Origin: a virus
Lineage: Duplodnaviria; Caudoviricetes
DNA: 64,000 nucleotides
Strand: one strand, 5' to 3'
Virus record (IMG/VR): IMGVR_UViG_3300037837_000037
Location: 7,694 to 71,693 of that record
Of the stretch, positions 25,702-34,945 are shown piece after piece (within the stretch, counting starts at the first letter, position 1; each line of letters begins with the position of its first letter). A program made the translations under genes and the position numbers. The notes under the pieces are model-generated. The model had not been told where the DNA came from. It saw only the letters and a program-made list of their open reading frames with translations, and made no database searches.

Positions 25702-26664
25702 ATGAACTGCTCAATGTATAAAAATAGTTTTGATAATAAGTCTACAGAATATGTAAACATCAAAGCTGTACTTAACAACATAAAATCTGGTAAATGGAAA
25801 ACTCCAATAGATGAGATTAGAAGCAGTAAAACTAAAGTCAGGAGGGATGAACTCAAAAAACACTTACCCGCTGTCACGTGGTCTGGAACGTTTGAATTAA
25901 AGAAGGAATGGGTTAAGAAGAAAAAGTGTTTTGAACTAGTTAGTAAACGTGACAATCATTTATTAGACTATACAGGACTTATTGTAATTGATATTGATAA
26001 CATATCTGAAAAAGATGTAGCTAACATTAAAAAACAATGCAGTGAGGACCCTTTCTTATACTGTTGCTTTATTAGTCCTTCAGGAGGTATTAAACTTCTA
26101 TATGAGGTTGATGCTCCCCCGAAATATCATAAATCAGCTTCCTTTGCTCAACTTAAAGAATACGTTGAATCTTTATACGATCAAGAAGTTGATAAGAGTG
26201 GTAAGAATGTCAGTAGACTATGTTACATATCTTACGATGAAGATATTTATGTTAACGATGATTACGTTTGCTTTGGTGTAGATATTGAAGCTTATGAAGC
26301 AGAGTTGAATAAACGGGTAATGCCAACTCAAAACTACAACCAAGAAGGTGAAGTGTCTTATGATTTAAACTTCATTTGGAAAGTAGCTAAAGGGTGGTTA
26401 GATACTAAAGGAGAACATTACGCAGTAAACAATAGGAATAACTACATTCATAAAATGGCATGTATTCTTAATAGGGCGGGAGTGTACCAAGATCAAATAA
26501 CACAATTGATAACTAAGAACCACAGCATATCACAAGACATGTACGGGGAAATGTTAACTACAATTGAAGGAGTATCTAAAAGATACCAAAGTGAGTTCGG
26601 TGCTAAACCGATATATGATAAACGAAATAAAAACAAACCAAGTATTTTTGATTATGGAAGCTAA
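25702..26664 (+). CDS. BT4734/VirE-N-type primase-like protein with PriCT-like C-terminus
   Basis: K..LPAVTWSG, YTGLIVIDID, FISPSGGIK, DKSGKNVSRLCYISYD; RNNYIHKMAC. Confidence 0.75.
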   Translation: MNCSMYKNSFDNKSTEYVNIKAVLNNIKSGKWKTPIDEIRSSKTKVRRDELKKHLPAVTWSGTFELKKEWVKKKKCFELVSKRDNHLLDYTGLIVIDIDNISEKDVANIKKQCSEDPFLYCCFISPSGGIKLLYEVDAPPKYHKSASFAQLKEYVESLYDQEVDKSGKNVSRLCYISYDEDIYVNDDYVCFGVDIEAYEAELNKRVMPTQNYNQEGEVSYDLNFIWKVAKGWLDTKGEHYAVNNRNNYIHKMACILNRAGVYQDQITQLITKNHSISQDMYGEMLTTIEGVSKRYQSEFGAKPIYDKRNKNKPSIFDYGS

Positions 26665-27004
26665 AGAATTAAGAATAGGAAACCTTATTTACGACACAAG
26701 AGGTAAAGTGAACGAAGTTAATCTAAACGCTCTTGACTATATGTTTGAAGAGTCGCTACATCAATGCAAACCAATCTATCTCAATAGAGAATGGTTAATA
26801 AAGTTCGGATTCAAAGAACTGCCTCAAAAAGCAGTAAGAAGAGGTGTTTTAACAGAATTTGTAAATCACGGAGTAAGGATAGAAGTTAGTAACTCAAATA
26901 ATTTTTACTATAAAAACAGGAAGTCTTTAATGATAGTTAACGTACACACATTACAAAACCTTTACTTTGCATTAACAAGAGAGGAACTAACAATTAAAGA
27001 ATAA
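26654..27004 (+). CDS. hypothetical protein (MEAKELRIGN family)
   Basis: start reassigned to ATG 26654; ends VHTLQNLYFALTREEL. Confidence 0.7.
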   Translation: MEAKELRIGNLIYDTRGKVNEVNLNALDYMFEESLHQCKPIYLNREWLIKFGFKELPQKAVRRGVLTEFVNHGVRIEVSNSNNFYYKNRKSLMIVNVHTLQNLYFALTREELTIKE

Positions 27005-27008
27005 CAAC

Positions 27009-27671
27009 ATGGAACATGAAATTTATAGAAGTGACGAAGAGATATATATGTCATGGTGGTTAGATGAATTAGTAGAAGCTGGATATGTAAAACATTACAA
27101 GTACGAAGAAAGGACACTTATACTAATGAACGAAGTAAAGATGCCTTGGACTGAACAAATGAAGACAGGCACTAAGAAACGTGAACATCACTTGTTCGCT
27201 CAATCTACTTATACTCCCGATTTTGAAATAACATGGAATACTAAAGCTTTTGGCATATTCATACCAGGATTCGCTACGGCTCACCGACCTTACTTTATGG
27301 GTGCTGAATACGTTGATGATTGTGCAGATTGCTTAATAGACGTTAAAGGGGATCATGCAATGGGTGCTAGTAGAGGTAACTTCTCCCAATTCTCATTCCC
27401 GTACAAACAGAAAATGGCATGGCAGAACTTAAAGATATACGTACAGAAAGTAGTACCTATTAAATTATTCAGGGAAACATTCGTACCGCAAAGGTATTTA
27501 TTAACTGACGGAGGTGGTCAAAAGCGTAAATTAACTAGTTTAACTAACCCAAAACCTAAAGGTAAAAAGAAGAAAGGTGCTAAACCTGTAAAAACTAGAA
27601 CTTATAAGGTTAGAACACTTGCTGAATTTATTAATGAAGTAGGTCCTATACAACAAAATTTACTACCTTAG
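27009..27671 (+). CDS. PD-(D/E)XK endonuclease (T7 endonuclease I/resolvase-like)
   Basis: YTPDFEI...LIDVKG. Confidence 0.6.
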   Translation: MEHEIYRSDEEIYMSWWLDELVEAGYVKHYKYEERTLILMNEVKMPWTEQMKTGTKKREHHLFAQSTYTPDFEITWNTKAFGIFIPGFATAHRPYFMGAEYVDDCADCLIDVKGDHAMGASRGNFSQFSFPYKQKMAWQNLKIYVQKVVPIKLFRETFVPQRYLLTDGGGQKRKLTSLTNPKPKGKKKKGAKPVKTRTYKVRTLAEFINEVGPIQQNLLP

Positions 27672-27695
27672 TAGCACATAAAAGATGATAACGAC

Positions 27696-27989
27696 ATGGA
27701 ATTAAACTTCATAGCAGTACACAAGGTAATTAAGAACAGAGAAGGTGCATTAGTTGCTGAACCTGAAATGATAAGACTAGACGAGATTAAATCGTTTAGA
27801 GTATGGCATAAGAACCCAGCGGAGAAGATAGCGTTTAGAGAAGATCTAACTATCATCTACATGAGGGATAAAAACGAAGAGGGTAAAACCGAAGTTAAAG
27901 CTATCAAAATCCTTGAACCATGTGATGTATTCTCAGAAAGAATAGGTACTGTTAAGTTTGGGTTTAAAGGCGAAGTTAAAACCCATTAA
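27696..27989 (+). CDS. hypothetical protein
   Basis: 97-aa ORF. Confidence 0.65.
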   Translation: MELNFIAVHKVIKNREGALVAEPEMIRLDEIKSFRVWHKNPAEKIAFREDLTIIYMRDKNEEGKTEVKAIKILEPCDVFSERIGTVKFGFKGEVKTH

Positions 27990-28017
27990 TTTCAATTGTT
28001 AAAATATTATAATTTTA

Positions 28018-28047
28018 TTGCAGTATAGCATGTAATTTATATATTTG
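28018..28047 (+). promoter_or_regulatory. consensus Bacteroidota promoter
   Basis: TTG (28018-28020)-N19-TATATTTG (28040-28047). Confidence 0.8.
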
Positions 28048-28064
28048 AACAGAGGTTATTAATT

Positions 28065-28841
28065 ATGATTGAAGAAAAGGAACAAGCAGAAAAGGTAGTG
28101 GATGTAGTCTATATCATGGACAACAAAAGCAAGCAATACAACCTAGAGTTGTTATTCTCTTTAAGATCAATCAAAAAACATTTAAAGAACTACAACAAGA
28201 TTCACATCTTCGGTGCTGACATGACTGGTGTTATTAAAAGAACATCAAATGTCAAACATCATCATGTAGATATTGACTACTCCTACGGTGTGAATAGTCA
28301 AATTAAAAAATACAAGATAATTGAAATCGTGTGCAAAGAAGAAAGTGTATCAGATGACTTCTTATTAGTAAGTGATGATTGCTTCCTATTAAAGGACCAA
28401 GATGCTAAGAACTTCCCTTACTACTATTCTGGTAACTTATCAGAAAGGATAGAAGGTTTTAGGTGGCAGTTATCAGCGTCAGTAAGAGGAATGACAGATA
28501 CGCTTCAGTTGCTTAAAACCAATAATAGGAAACAAAGGTATTTTAATACTCATGCACCTATTACAATTAATAAAAAGAAGTTCTTATCATTAAGAGATAT
28601 ATTTTATATTGAAGAGTTTGAAGACGGGTTAGTTTACAAAACACTATACTGCAACTACTTTAAAGTAAAAGGAGAATACACGTTAATGAAGTTGATATAT
28701 AAAGCAAGTACTAGAAGGAAAGAGTTAGAAACTAAGTTGATAAACGCTCCATTCTTTTCAGTGAATAACAATTCAATAACACAAGTGGTAATAAAGAAAT
28801 TAGCAACACTATTTCCAAATATGTTATCATGGGAGAAGTAA
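28065..28841 (+). CDS. Stealth-like (CR1/CR2) sugar-phosphotransferase/glycosyltransferase
   Basis: VDVVYI, ELLFSLRSIKKH..KIHI, DDFLLVSDD. Confidence 0.6.
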   Translation: MIEEKEQAEKVVDVVYIMDNKSKQYNLELLFSLRSIKKHLKNYNKIHIFGADMTGVIKRTSNVKHHHVDIDYSYGVNSQIKKYKIIEIVCKEESVSDDFLLVSDDCFLLKDQDAKNFPYYYSGNLSERIEGFRWQLSASVRGMTDTLQLLKTNNRKQRYFNTHAPITINKKKFLSLRDIFYIEEFEDGLVYKTLYCNYFKVKGEYTLMKLIYKASTRRKELETKLINAPFFSVNNNSITQVVIKKLATLFPNMLSWEK

Positions 28842-29095
28842 AGAAAAGAGAATTATTCTCAAGGGATATTATAGAGTTTAGAGATAAACCATTAAATGAA
28901 GAAACCGCATGTTTAAGTGATATTGTAAGTGTGTTAGGTCAGTTGTCAGAATACTGTTCAACATTAGAGTATCAGAATAACGGTAACGAGTCTAGGAGGG
29001 CATTTAAGACATGTTTAGAGCTAGAGAAGAATGTAAGTCTATTCAAGAGGAGGATAAGAGATGTAAGAGCAGATATTACAGTTAAGAAAAAGTAA
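28829..29095 (+). CDS. coiled-coil hypothetical protein
   Basis: 88-aa ORF. Confidence 0.65.
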   Translation: MGEVKKRELFSRDIIEFRDKPLNEETACLSDIVSVLGQLSEYCSTLEYQNNGNESRRAFKTCLELEKNVSLFKRRIRDVRADITVKKK

Positions 29096-29125
29096 TCTAT
29101 TAATTAATTTAAACTATAAGTAAAA

Positions 29126-29530
29126 ATGAGCAGACAATTTGAAAGTGTAAAGCAGTCAGGCGAAATCAATGTTAAATTTGAAAAAGCAGGTGACGCAGTA
29201 GAAGGAACATTTACAGGTTTCTTAGAAGATCAAGGTAAAGACAAGAACTCTTGTGTTTATACATTAAAATCAGATGACGGTGAAGAACATAGATTCTGGG
29301 GAACCAAAGTATTGGATGACCAAATGAGTAAAATCAATATTGGTACATACACTAAAGTAGAGTTCAAAGGTAAAGTTAAATCTAAAGCTGGTAGAGAATA
29401 CAATGATTTTGAAGTGTTTCAAGATACTTCCACTGAAGGTGTAGCTCAAGCAGCAGCAGTTCAAAAAGAATCAGCTCCAGCAGCTAAAGAAGATGATGCT
29501 TTTGATGATGAAGAAGAAGACATATTTTAA
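29126..29530 (+). CDS. single-stranded DNA-binding protein (phage OB-fold type)
   Basis: beta-rich body plus acidic tail ending DDAFDDEEEDIF. Confidence 0.75.
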   Translation: MSRQFESVKQSGEINVKFEKAGDAVEGTFTGFLEDQGKDKNSCVYTLKSDDGEEHRFWGTKVLDDQMSKINIGTYTKVEFKGKVKSKAGREYNDFEVFQDTSTEGVAQAAAVQKESAPAAKEDDAFDDEEEDIF

Positions 29531-29540
29531 TCTATAAACC

Positions 29541-29831
29541 ATGAAAGATATATCAGGGAATATAAAAGAGGATGAGCAAGCAGCGTTTGAGTTGATATGC
29601 GAAAGAACTGACACCGATCAAGCGAAAGCTAAAGGTGTTGGTTACTTCAATAGACTACTTAAACTATGCTCTATCGCTAAACTACCAATTACAATTGATT
29701 ACAGTGAAGATAGATTTACCGTATCTAATGTGCCAGGTATTAAAGCAGAAGCTCCAGTAAAAGAAGAGAAGAAGGTTAATGTTAAAATTAGTGAAAAAGA
29801 GGAAGACGAAGACGACCCTTTTGCATTATAA
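29541..29831 (+). CDS. hypothetical protein with acidic tail
   Basis: 96 aa ending EEDEDDPFAL. Confidence 0.65.
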   Translation: MKDISGNIKEDEQAAFELICERTDTDQAKAKGVGYFNRLLKLCSIAKLPITIDYSEDRFTVSNVPGIKAEAPVKEEKKVNVKISEKEEDEDDPFAL

Positions 29832-29912
29832 GAATAAAAGAGTTAACTTAGAACTCTCAAATGGTTCCCAGTGTTTCTATACACTATTAGTGAATTGTTT
29901 ATTGTGTTTATA

Positions 29913-29940
29913 AAAAGAGAAGGGTGGTTCCTTCTCTTTT
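29913..29940. terminator. bidirectional terminator between the converging early and late units
   Basis: AAAAGAGAAGG-GTGGTT-CCTTCTCTTTT. Confidence 0.85.
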
Positions 29941-29945
29941 GCTTT

Positions 29946-30191
29946 TTAAGAGTATTTCATAATGCAATCAGCAATCTCTTTATACTTAGCTAAAGCTTTT
30001 TTCAACTCCTTAGCATTAAATACAAACTCTTTGTGATTCATCTCTACATGCTCAAAACCTCCTCTAGAAGGTCCTTTTTCATAGTAAGTAACCTTATGAC
30101 CATTATCAGCAGGTGATAACTTTAAGTTCTCATAAGGACACTTATCTTTTACTGACTCCATTGGTCCAGTCATTGCTTTCATTCCATCCAT
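29946..30191 (-). CDS. small hypothetical protein
   Basis: 81-aa ORF, last of the late unit. Confidence 0.65.
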   Translation of the reverse strand: MDGMKAMTGPMESVKDKCPYENLKLSPADNGHKVTYYEKGPSRGGFEHVEMNHKEFVFNAKELKKALAKYKEIADCIMKYS

Positions 30192-30195
30192 AATA

Positions 30196-30834
30196 TTATT
30201 TTTTAAAGGGATTCTTAATTACAGTAAATATACCGAAATTATACGTTTTATCAATAAGACCATAACCAGCAGAGAATTGTAATCCCTTATTGGTTTTAAG
30301 AAGTATTGAAGGTTGTATGCTAAACTTCGTTTCGTTCCCCCCGATTATTGCTCCAGCATATAATCCCCACTTACTTTTAGTAACAGTAGTTGTGCTATCA
30401 ATACGAAAAGTATCTACACTTGTAATGTACTTAGGGAATTTAGGAACGTAAATAAGGTCCGTAGACAACACTTTACCAGTTGACCGAGTAGTAATGCTAC
30501 CTTCTATCAAACTATCCTTGTAAGGTGTTTTAAATACGTTTACACTATCCATATATATAGTGTCATATTCTGTGATGTATTCTTTTTCAGGTTTTAACCA
30601 TTTGATTGAATAAGAAATACTATCCAGGTAAACAGTGTCAGGTTTAGAATCTTTAATATAAGTACTGTCTACTTTAATTACCACTTCTGGATCTACAGCT
30701 AAAGAACCTTTATTGCATTGCCTTAAATACAGTATTGCAAATAATGCTGCTACAATGTAAATCAATATACCTTTATAAGAGTCCATTAGGTTCATCTTCT
30801 TCTTTATGTTCATAAGAAAGGAAACAGTTTTCAA
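30196..30834 (-). CDS. spanin-like membrane-anchored protein
   Basis: N-terminal TM helix, DT(V/I) repeats, beta-rich C-terminus; downstream of the endolysin. Confidence 0.55.
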   Translation of the reverse strand: MKTVSFLMNIKKKMNLMDSYKGILIYIVAALFAILYLRQCNKGSLAVDPEVVIKVDSTYIKDSKPDTVYLDSISYSIKWLKPEKEYITEYDTIYMDSVNVFKTPYKDSLIEGSITTRSTGKVLSTDLIYVPKFPKYITSVDTFRIDSTTTVTKSKWGLYAGAIIGGNETKFSIQPSILLKTNKGLQFSAGYGLIDKTYNFGIFTVIKNPFKK

Positions 30835-31258
30835 TAGTTAACCATATTTCTCCGTCAGGATTCTTTTTCTCAAAATACTGCAAATCCCTAGTTAACTCCC
30901 TTTCAGCAGAACCCCATATTTTAACCTTATCAGTATTAAAAGCTATTAAAGGACAACCATGTGAGTTTTCAGCAGTATTACCACCGTGTAATCTAACACC
31001 TGAAAAGTTAGGTACATCTAACAGTAGTGGCATGATACGTTTAAACCTATTAGACCAGTTTAAAACAACTCTATACCTACCGTCAGGAATAGCTGTCTTA
31101 CCATAAACTTTTTTATCTGAATATCTTATTTGATCTTCTAATGAATAACAGAAGAACTTACCGTTGATAAAGAAGTCACCAATATTATTAGCTTCTCCTC
31201 CTGTGGTGTCTGAATCGTTAAATATATAACGCTTAATGTTTAGCTCCAGTTTCGTCAT
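30773..31258 (-). CDS. DUF5675-type putative endolysin
   Basis: FCYSLED..R...K.YG.TAIPDGRY...LLLDVPNFSGVRLHGGNT.ENSHGCPL. Confidence 0.75.
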   Translation of the reverse strand: MTKLELNIKRYIFNDSDTTGGEANNIGDFFINGKFFCYSLEDQIRYSDKKVYGKTAIPDGRYRVVLNWSNRFKRIMPLLLDVPNFSGVRLHGGNTAENSHGCPLIAFNTDKVKIWGSAERELTRDLQYFEKKNPDGEIWLTIENCFLSYEHKEEDEPNGLL

Positions 31259-31541
31259 GCCTTTTATCTTTATCGTTGTTCTTATTACTTCCTTTTAACT
31301 TAATTAACTCAGCTACTGTAACAATACCTAATAATAAAGATACGAAACTAGAATCTATTATTAATACCTCAATCATGTACTCATACTTCTCCCGCAAAAA
31401 AGCGTGTTTCAACCATGAAACGTGAACAATTACAAAGCAAGCCATTACCACAATAGCAGTTAACTTCCTTGCAGAAAAACCGTTGTTCTTTTTATTATCT
31501 AAAGAATTAAGTAATCTCTCTATGAATAGTTTAATTTTCAC
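31233..31541 (-). CDS. holin-like protein
   Basis: two TM segments, charged C-terminus, directly upstream of the endolysin. Confidence 0.65.
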   Translation of the reverse strand: MKIKLFIERLLNSLDNKKNNGFSARKLTAIVVMACFVIVHVSWLKHAFLREKYEYMIEVLIIDSSFVSLLLGIVTVAELIKLKGSNKNNDKDKRHDETGAKH

Positions 31542-31750
31542 TTTGCCTCTCTATTTTTCAAAACCTTCGCTTTGCAATACATAAATAAAGATTTCGTCAA
31601 TGTTTTACCTAGCCAACCCAAACCACCACCGATCATTGCTAAACTTAATGCTTTGATTATTTCACCATTTGATGAATAATAACTTGCTCCAGCAATCGCT
31701 GCTGCTAATAAAGGTTCAAATGTTCCAGTTAATTGTTTGAGTGGCATCAT
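31538..31750 (-). CDS. second holin/antiholin-like membrane protein
   Basis: two hydrophobic segments, basic tail. Confidence 0.5.
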   Translation of the reverse strand: MMPLKQLTGTFEPLLAAAIAGASYYSSNGEIIKALSLAMIGGGLGWLGKTLTKSLFMYCKAKVLKNREAK

Positions 31751-31772
31751 GGTTTGTTTTATTAATCGTTTA

Positions 31773-31919
31773 TTATTCTTTTAAGATTTGCTCAAGCACT
31801 TCAATAGCACCTGAACATTTAACAAATACTTCTTTAGCTTGTTCTTGTTGCGCTTTCAATTGCTCAATTCTTTGCTCAATTGTTAAAACCTCCTTTACTT
31901 CTTCTTTTACTTCTTTCAT
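31773..31919 (-). CDS. 48-aa coiled-coil protein (not in ORF track)
   Basis: hand translation MKEVKEEVKEVLTIEQRIEQLKAQQEQAKEVFVKCSGAIEVLEQILKE. Confidence 0.65.
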   Translation of the reverse strand: MKEVKEEVKEVLTIEQRIEQLKAQQEQAKEVFVKCSGAIEVLEQILKE

Positions 31920-31951
31920 AACTTGATTTTTATTAATGAACTGCTAATATA

Positions 31952-32287
31952 CTAAATTCCTGAAATTACCGCAGTAAATCCTAAACCTTCTAAGTATGCT
32001 TTAACCTCGTCATGTGCTACAGAAATAGTTTGTTCTTTATAGGTTAATGGGTCGTCATCATTTGACAAATCATAAGTTTTTGCACTTGAATCAAAACCTT
32101 CTACCTTCATTAGGTTGTTCGGGTTAGCTTTAAAAGCTGCTAAGTTTTCATAAATATACAAAGCCGCTTGTAATGTTTTTCCGCTTGAAGGTGCTGTGAA
32201 CTCTAAACGAGCTAGAACGTCCGTAATTTCAATGCTAGTACCTTTAAAATAAATCTTTGCGCTTTCTGTTGATGTAATTGTTATCAT
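31952..32287 (-). CDS. fibre-associated/chaperone-like protein
   Basis: 111 aa, immediately downstream of a fibre gene. Confidence 0.5.
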   Translation of the reverse strand: MITITSTESAKIYFKGTSIEITDVLARLEFTAPSSGKTLQAALYIYENLAAFKANPNNLMKVEGFDSSAKTYDLSNDDDPLTYKEQTISVAHDEVKAYLEGLGFTAVISGI

Positions 32288-32315
32288 TTTGTTTTTGTTT
32301 TAAATTGTTATTGTT

Positions 32316-33773
32316 TTATACTAATGTAAATGTTTTTGTAACACCTCCTACTCTCATTTTTAAGTCTGTTCCATCAAACCATATCTCACCATCGTTTGGT
32401 GTAGTTGGCGCAACTCCCGTTCTTAATCTTAATTGCCCTTCACTTGCTGTGTTAGCTGCAATATCAAGTTTCGCTGTTGGTGTTGTTAATCCAAATCCGA
32501 AATTTGCACTTGTATTAATCCAAGAATCAGCACTTTTAGCAAGTCTAATCGTGCTTGTAGCTTCATTAAAATTAAATTCTACACTGTTAGTTGTTGCGTT
32601 TGTTTTTGCCGCTGTAGAACCTCCAAACATTAAAGCGTAGTCTGCTGTTGATTTCATGTTAAAACCAAAACTAATACCTTTAGTAGCTGAACTGTTAGCT
32701 AAAGTTCCTATTGAGATGCCATCTGACGCTGATTGTGCTTGCCCTCCAATACCTATACCGTTAGCTCCTCCGATTGATTGATTTCCAATAGCAATACCAT
32801 TGCCTCCGCTAGAAACAGAAGAAAAACCTAAAGCTACTCCATAAGTCGCTGAGGCTACTACGTTTGAATTTCTACCTAAAGCAACGCCTTCTAGTGCTGC
32901 GCAAGAAGAACCAGTTCCTATTGCTACGCTTTGTGCGCCAGAGCTTGAAGCGAGTGCGCCAATACCTATACCGTTAGCTCCTCCGATTGATTGATTTCCA
33001 ATAGCAATACCATTACCTCCACTAGCACTAGCACTAAAACCTAAAGCAATCGCATACAAAGCACTTGCGTTAGAACCTACCCCGTTAGTTTGAAAGGAAT
33101 CAGTACCACTTCCAGCACCTACGGGAAAAGCACCTAATATTGTTCCATCATCCTTAACCTCTAATAAGTCAGTGCCTAAACTGTTTTGAACTAATAAAGC
33201 TGTTGTTCCACTTGTTGAGCCTGAGCCTTTTAGCGTTGTCAAACCTCCATCAACATAATGCCTCCCGTTAACATAAAGACCTGCTGAATTTATAATAGCT
33301 TTAATTGACGCTGTACTATCTTTATCTCCTACACCAAAGTAAACACCGCTTCCAGGAGCAACAGTACCCAAAACAAGAGCACCATTTGTACCGTTAAAAT
33401 CATTCGTTTCATTGTATATTGCCGTAGCTCTACCAGTAACCCTAAAAGGTGTTGCTGTACTCCAGTCAGTAGCTTGAAACCTTAAATTTTGGAATAATGA
33501 TGATGAGTAATTCGCTGAGCGAACGTTAACGTGTTTGCTTAACCCACCTGTTGTAGTAGTAGATTTAAAAGTTAAAGATGTATTAGCTGTAACCTCTCTC
33601 GCACCCGTTAAAGTTCCATCGGCTGTGTAGATACTATCACCACCAGCACCACTAGCAGGTATCATTGTCTCTGAAGCAGAATCATAAGACCAACCCTCAC
33701 CATCAGCAAGAGTACCTACTAATTTTATATTCTTTAACCTATTAGCATTTTTGCTATCTACGCTACTACCCAT
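32316..33773 (-). CDS. tail fibre/adhesin with YadA-like head repeats
   Basis: 14-residue A/S-x-A-I-A-(L/I)-G repeats; C-terminal GEIWFDGTDLKMRVGG fibre motif. Confidence 0.75.
   Translation of the reverse strand: MGSSVDSKNANRLKNIKLVGTLADGEGWSYDSASETMIPASGAGGDSIYTADGTLTGAREVTANTSLTFKSTTTTGGLSKHVNVRSANYSSSLFQNLRFQATDWSTATPFRVTGRATAIYNETNDFNGTNGALVLGTVAPGSGVYFGVGDKDSTASIKAIINSAGLYVNGRHYVDGGLTTLKGSGSTSGTTALLVQNSLGTDLLEVKDDGTILGAFPVGAGSGTDSFQTNGVGSNASALYAIALGFSASASGGNGIAIGNQSIGGANGIGIGALASSSGAQSVAIGTGSSCAALEGVALGRNSNVVASATYGVALGFSSVSSGGNGIAIGNQSIGGANGIGIGGQAQSASDGISIGTLANSSATKGISFGFNMKSTADYALMFGGSTAAKTNATTNSVEFNFNEATSTIRLAKSADSWINTSANFGFGLTTPTAKLDIAANTASEGQLRLRTGVAPTTPNDGEIWFDGTDLKMRVGGVTKTFTLV
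32746..33014. repeat. exact 56-bp direct repeat inside the fibre gene
   Basis: 32746-32801 = 32959-33014, encoding NGIAIGNQSIGGANGIGIG. Confidence 0.9.
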
Positions 33774-33779
33774 AATATC

Positions 33780-34439
33780 TTAGTTATAATAGTTAAAACT
33801 AACTCCTTCTCCACTTACTACAGAATCAATATAAATCTTATTAAGATCATCCAAAACAATAGTAACAGTATCACCAGCACCTAAAGGAGTTCCTGTCCTA
33901 GAAGCAAGTAATGCAACTACTGAAGAATCTCCAACAACAACTATATCAGTGTTAGATCCTAACGCTGTTATATCTACCTTAACCATTGGAGTAGCAACCG
34001 CCACTAAAGGTTCCGATGTTGCAGCTACTGCTACTAACTTACTTCCTGAAACAGGAGTTGTAGGAACTGTAGCTCCACCACCTCCACCACCGATACCAGC
34101 AGTTACTCCCGCTTGAATATCAGCAATTGCTTGAGCTAAACCAGCTCTATCAGCAGTCCATCCTGGTTGATTAGTTACGTTTTGAATGTCAAATTGAATC
34201 TTAACTAAGTCAGTTGGATTCTCTTCAATATCTAAAAGGACCGAATATTCTTTATTAAACTCATACCTTCCACTTCCTGGCTGATAAGCATTTAATGCTG
34301 TGTAATCTTGGTAGTACTCATTTAAACTAGTAGTAGCACCTAAATTGTAAGTTTCTATTGATGCGTTAGGATTACTAACGTTTTTAATAGTAAGAAAGCC
34401 ACCAGTGATAGTTACTTCTATATTGTTGTAAATACTCAT
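33780..34439 (-). CDS. putative structural/fibre-associated protein
   Basis: Gly linker plus beta-sandwich-like C-terminus (GTPLGAGDTVTI). Confidence 0.55.
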   Translation of the reverse strand: MSIYNNIEVTITGGFLTIKNVSNPNASIETYNLGATTSLNEYYQDYTALNAYQPGSGRYEFNKEYSVLLDIEENPTDLVKIQFDIQNVTNQPGWTADRAGLAQAIADIQAGVTAGIGGGGGGATVPTTPVSGSKLVAVAATSEPLVAVATPMVKVDITALGSNTDIVVVGDSSVVALLASRTGTPLGAGDTVTIVLDDLNKIYIDSVVSGEGVSFNYYN

Positions 34440-34456
34440 AATGATAATGTTTAATG

Positions 34457-34486
34457 TAAATATAAAGAAAATTTAACTTTCGTTAA
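34457..34486 (-). promoter_or_regulatory. Bacteroidota-like promoter
   Basis: TTA-N19-TATATTTA (34464-34457); same TTAACG upstream box as the promoter at 4468-4497. Confidence 0.5.
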
Positions 34487-34509
34487 CAGTTTAATTTTGG
34501 TAATAATTA

Positions 34510-34944
34510 TTAAGTAGTTTTCATACCGTACTTGTAAGTGTACCAACCAAACGCTCTAACCCCATAATACCTTACATGATTATCTAATCTGTTATACCAC
34601 TTTTTACCATTAGTCTTTTTTGATATATAAAGCATCTCTTTATCAGCGAACAACCTAGCACCGTAAGTACCTAACACATCTTTTCTGTAATGAGTTCTGT
34701 ACATCCAGTCATGCACTAAAGGAGCTAATAAGAAGTCTCCAAATGGCTTTAATATACTCCATAGAAATTCAGGAATACTACTAAAATCAGTTTGAAACCC
34801 CTTTGGTAAAACAATAAGGTCCCCATTAGATAATGATACACTCAAGTTTCTACTAAGCTCCCAAGAGAAGTCTCCCATTTGCTTATTTGTTCTACGACCT
34901 CTTACGTATGTTAAAGAGATTCTTTTAATGCTTTGTGGCTTCAT
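34510..34944 (-). CDS. DUF1353-family protein
   Basis: LPKGFQTDFSSIP...APLVHDWMY...FADKEM...YYGVRAFG. Confidence 0.85.
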   Translation of the reverse strand: MKPQSIKRISLTYVRGRRTNKQMGDFSWELSRNLSVSLSNGDLIVLPKGFQTDFSSIPEFLWSILKPFGDFLLAPLVHDWMYRTHYRKDVLGTYGARLFADKEMLYISKKTNGKKWYNRLDNHVRYYGVRAFGWYTYKYGMKTT

Positions 34945-34945
34945 G

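Noticed and set aside
29839-29886. Small extra hairpins before the convergent terminator
   Set aside because: The stems are only 5-6 bp in AT-rich DNA and could arise by chance.
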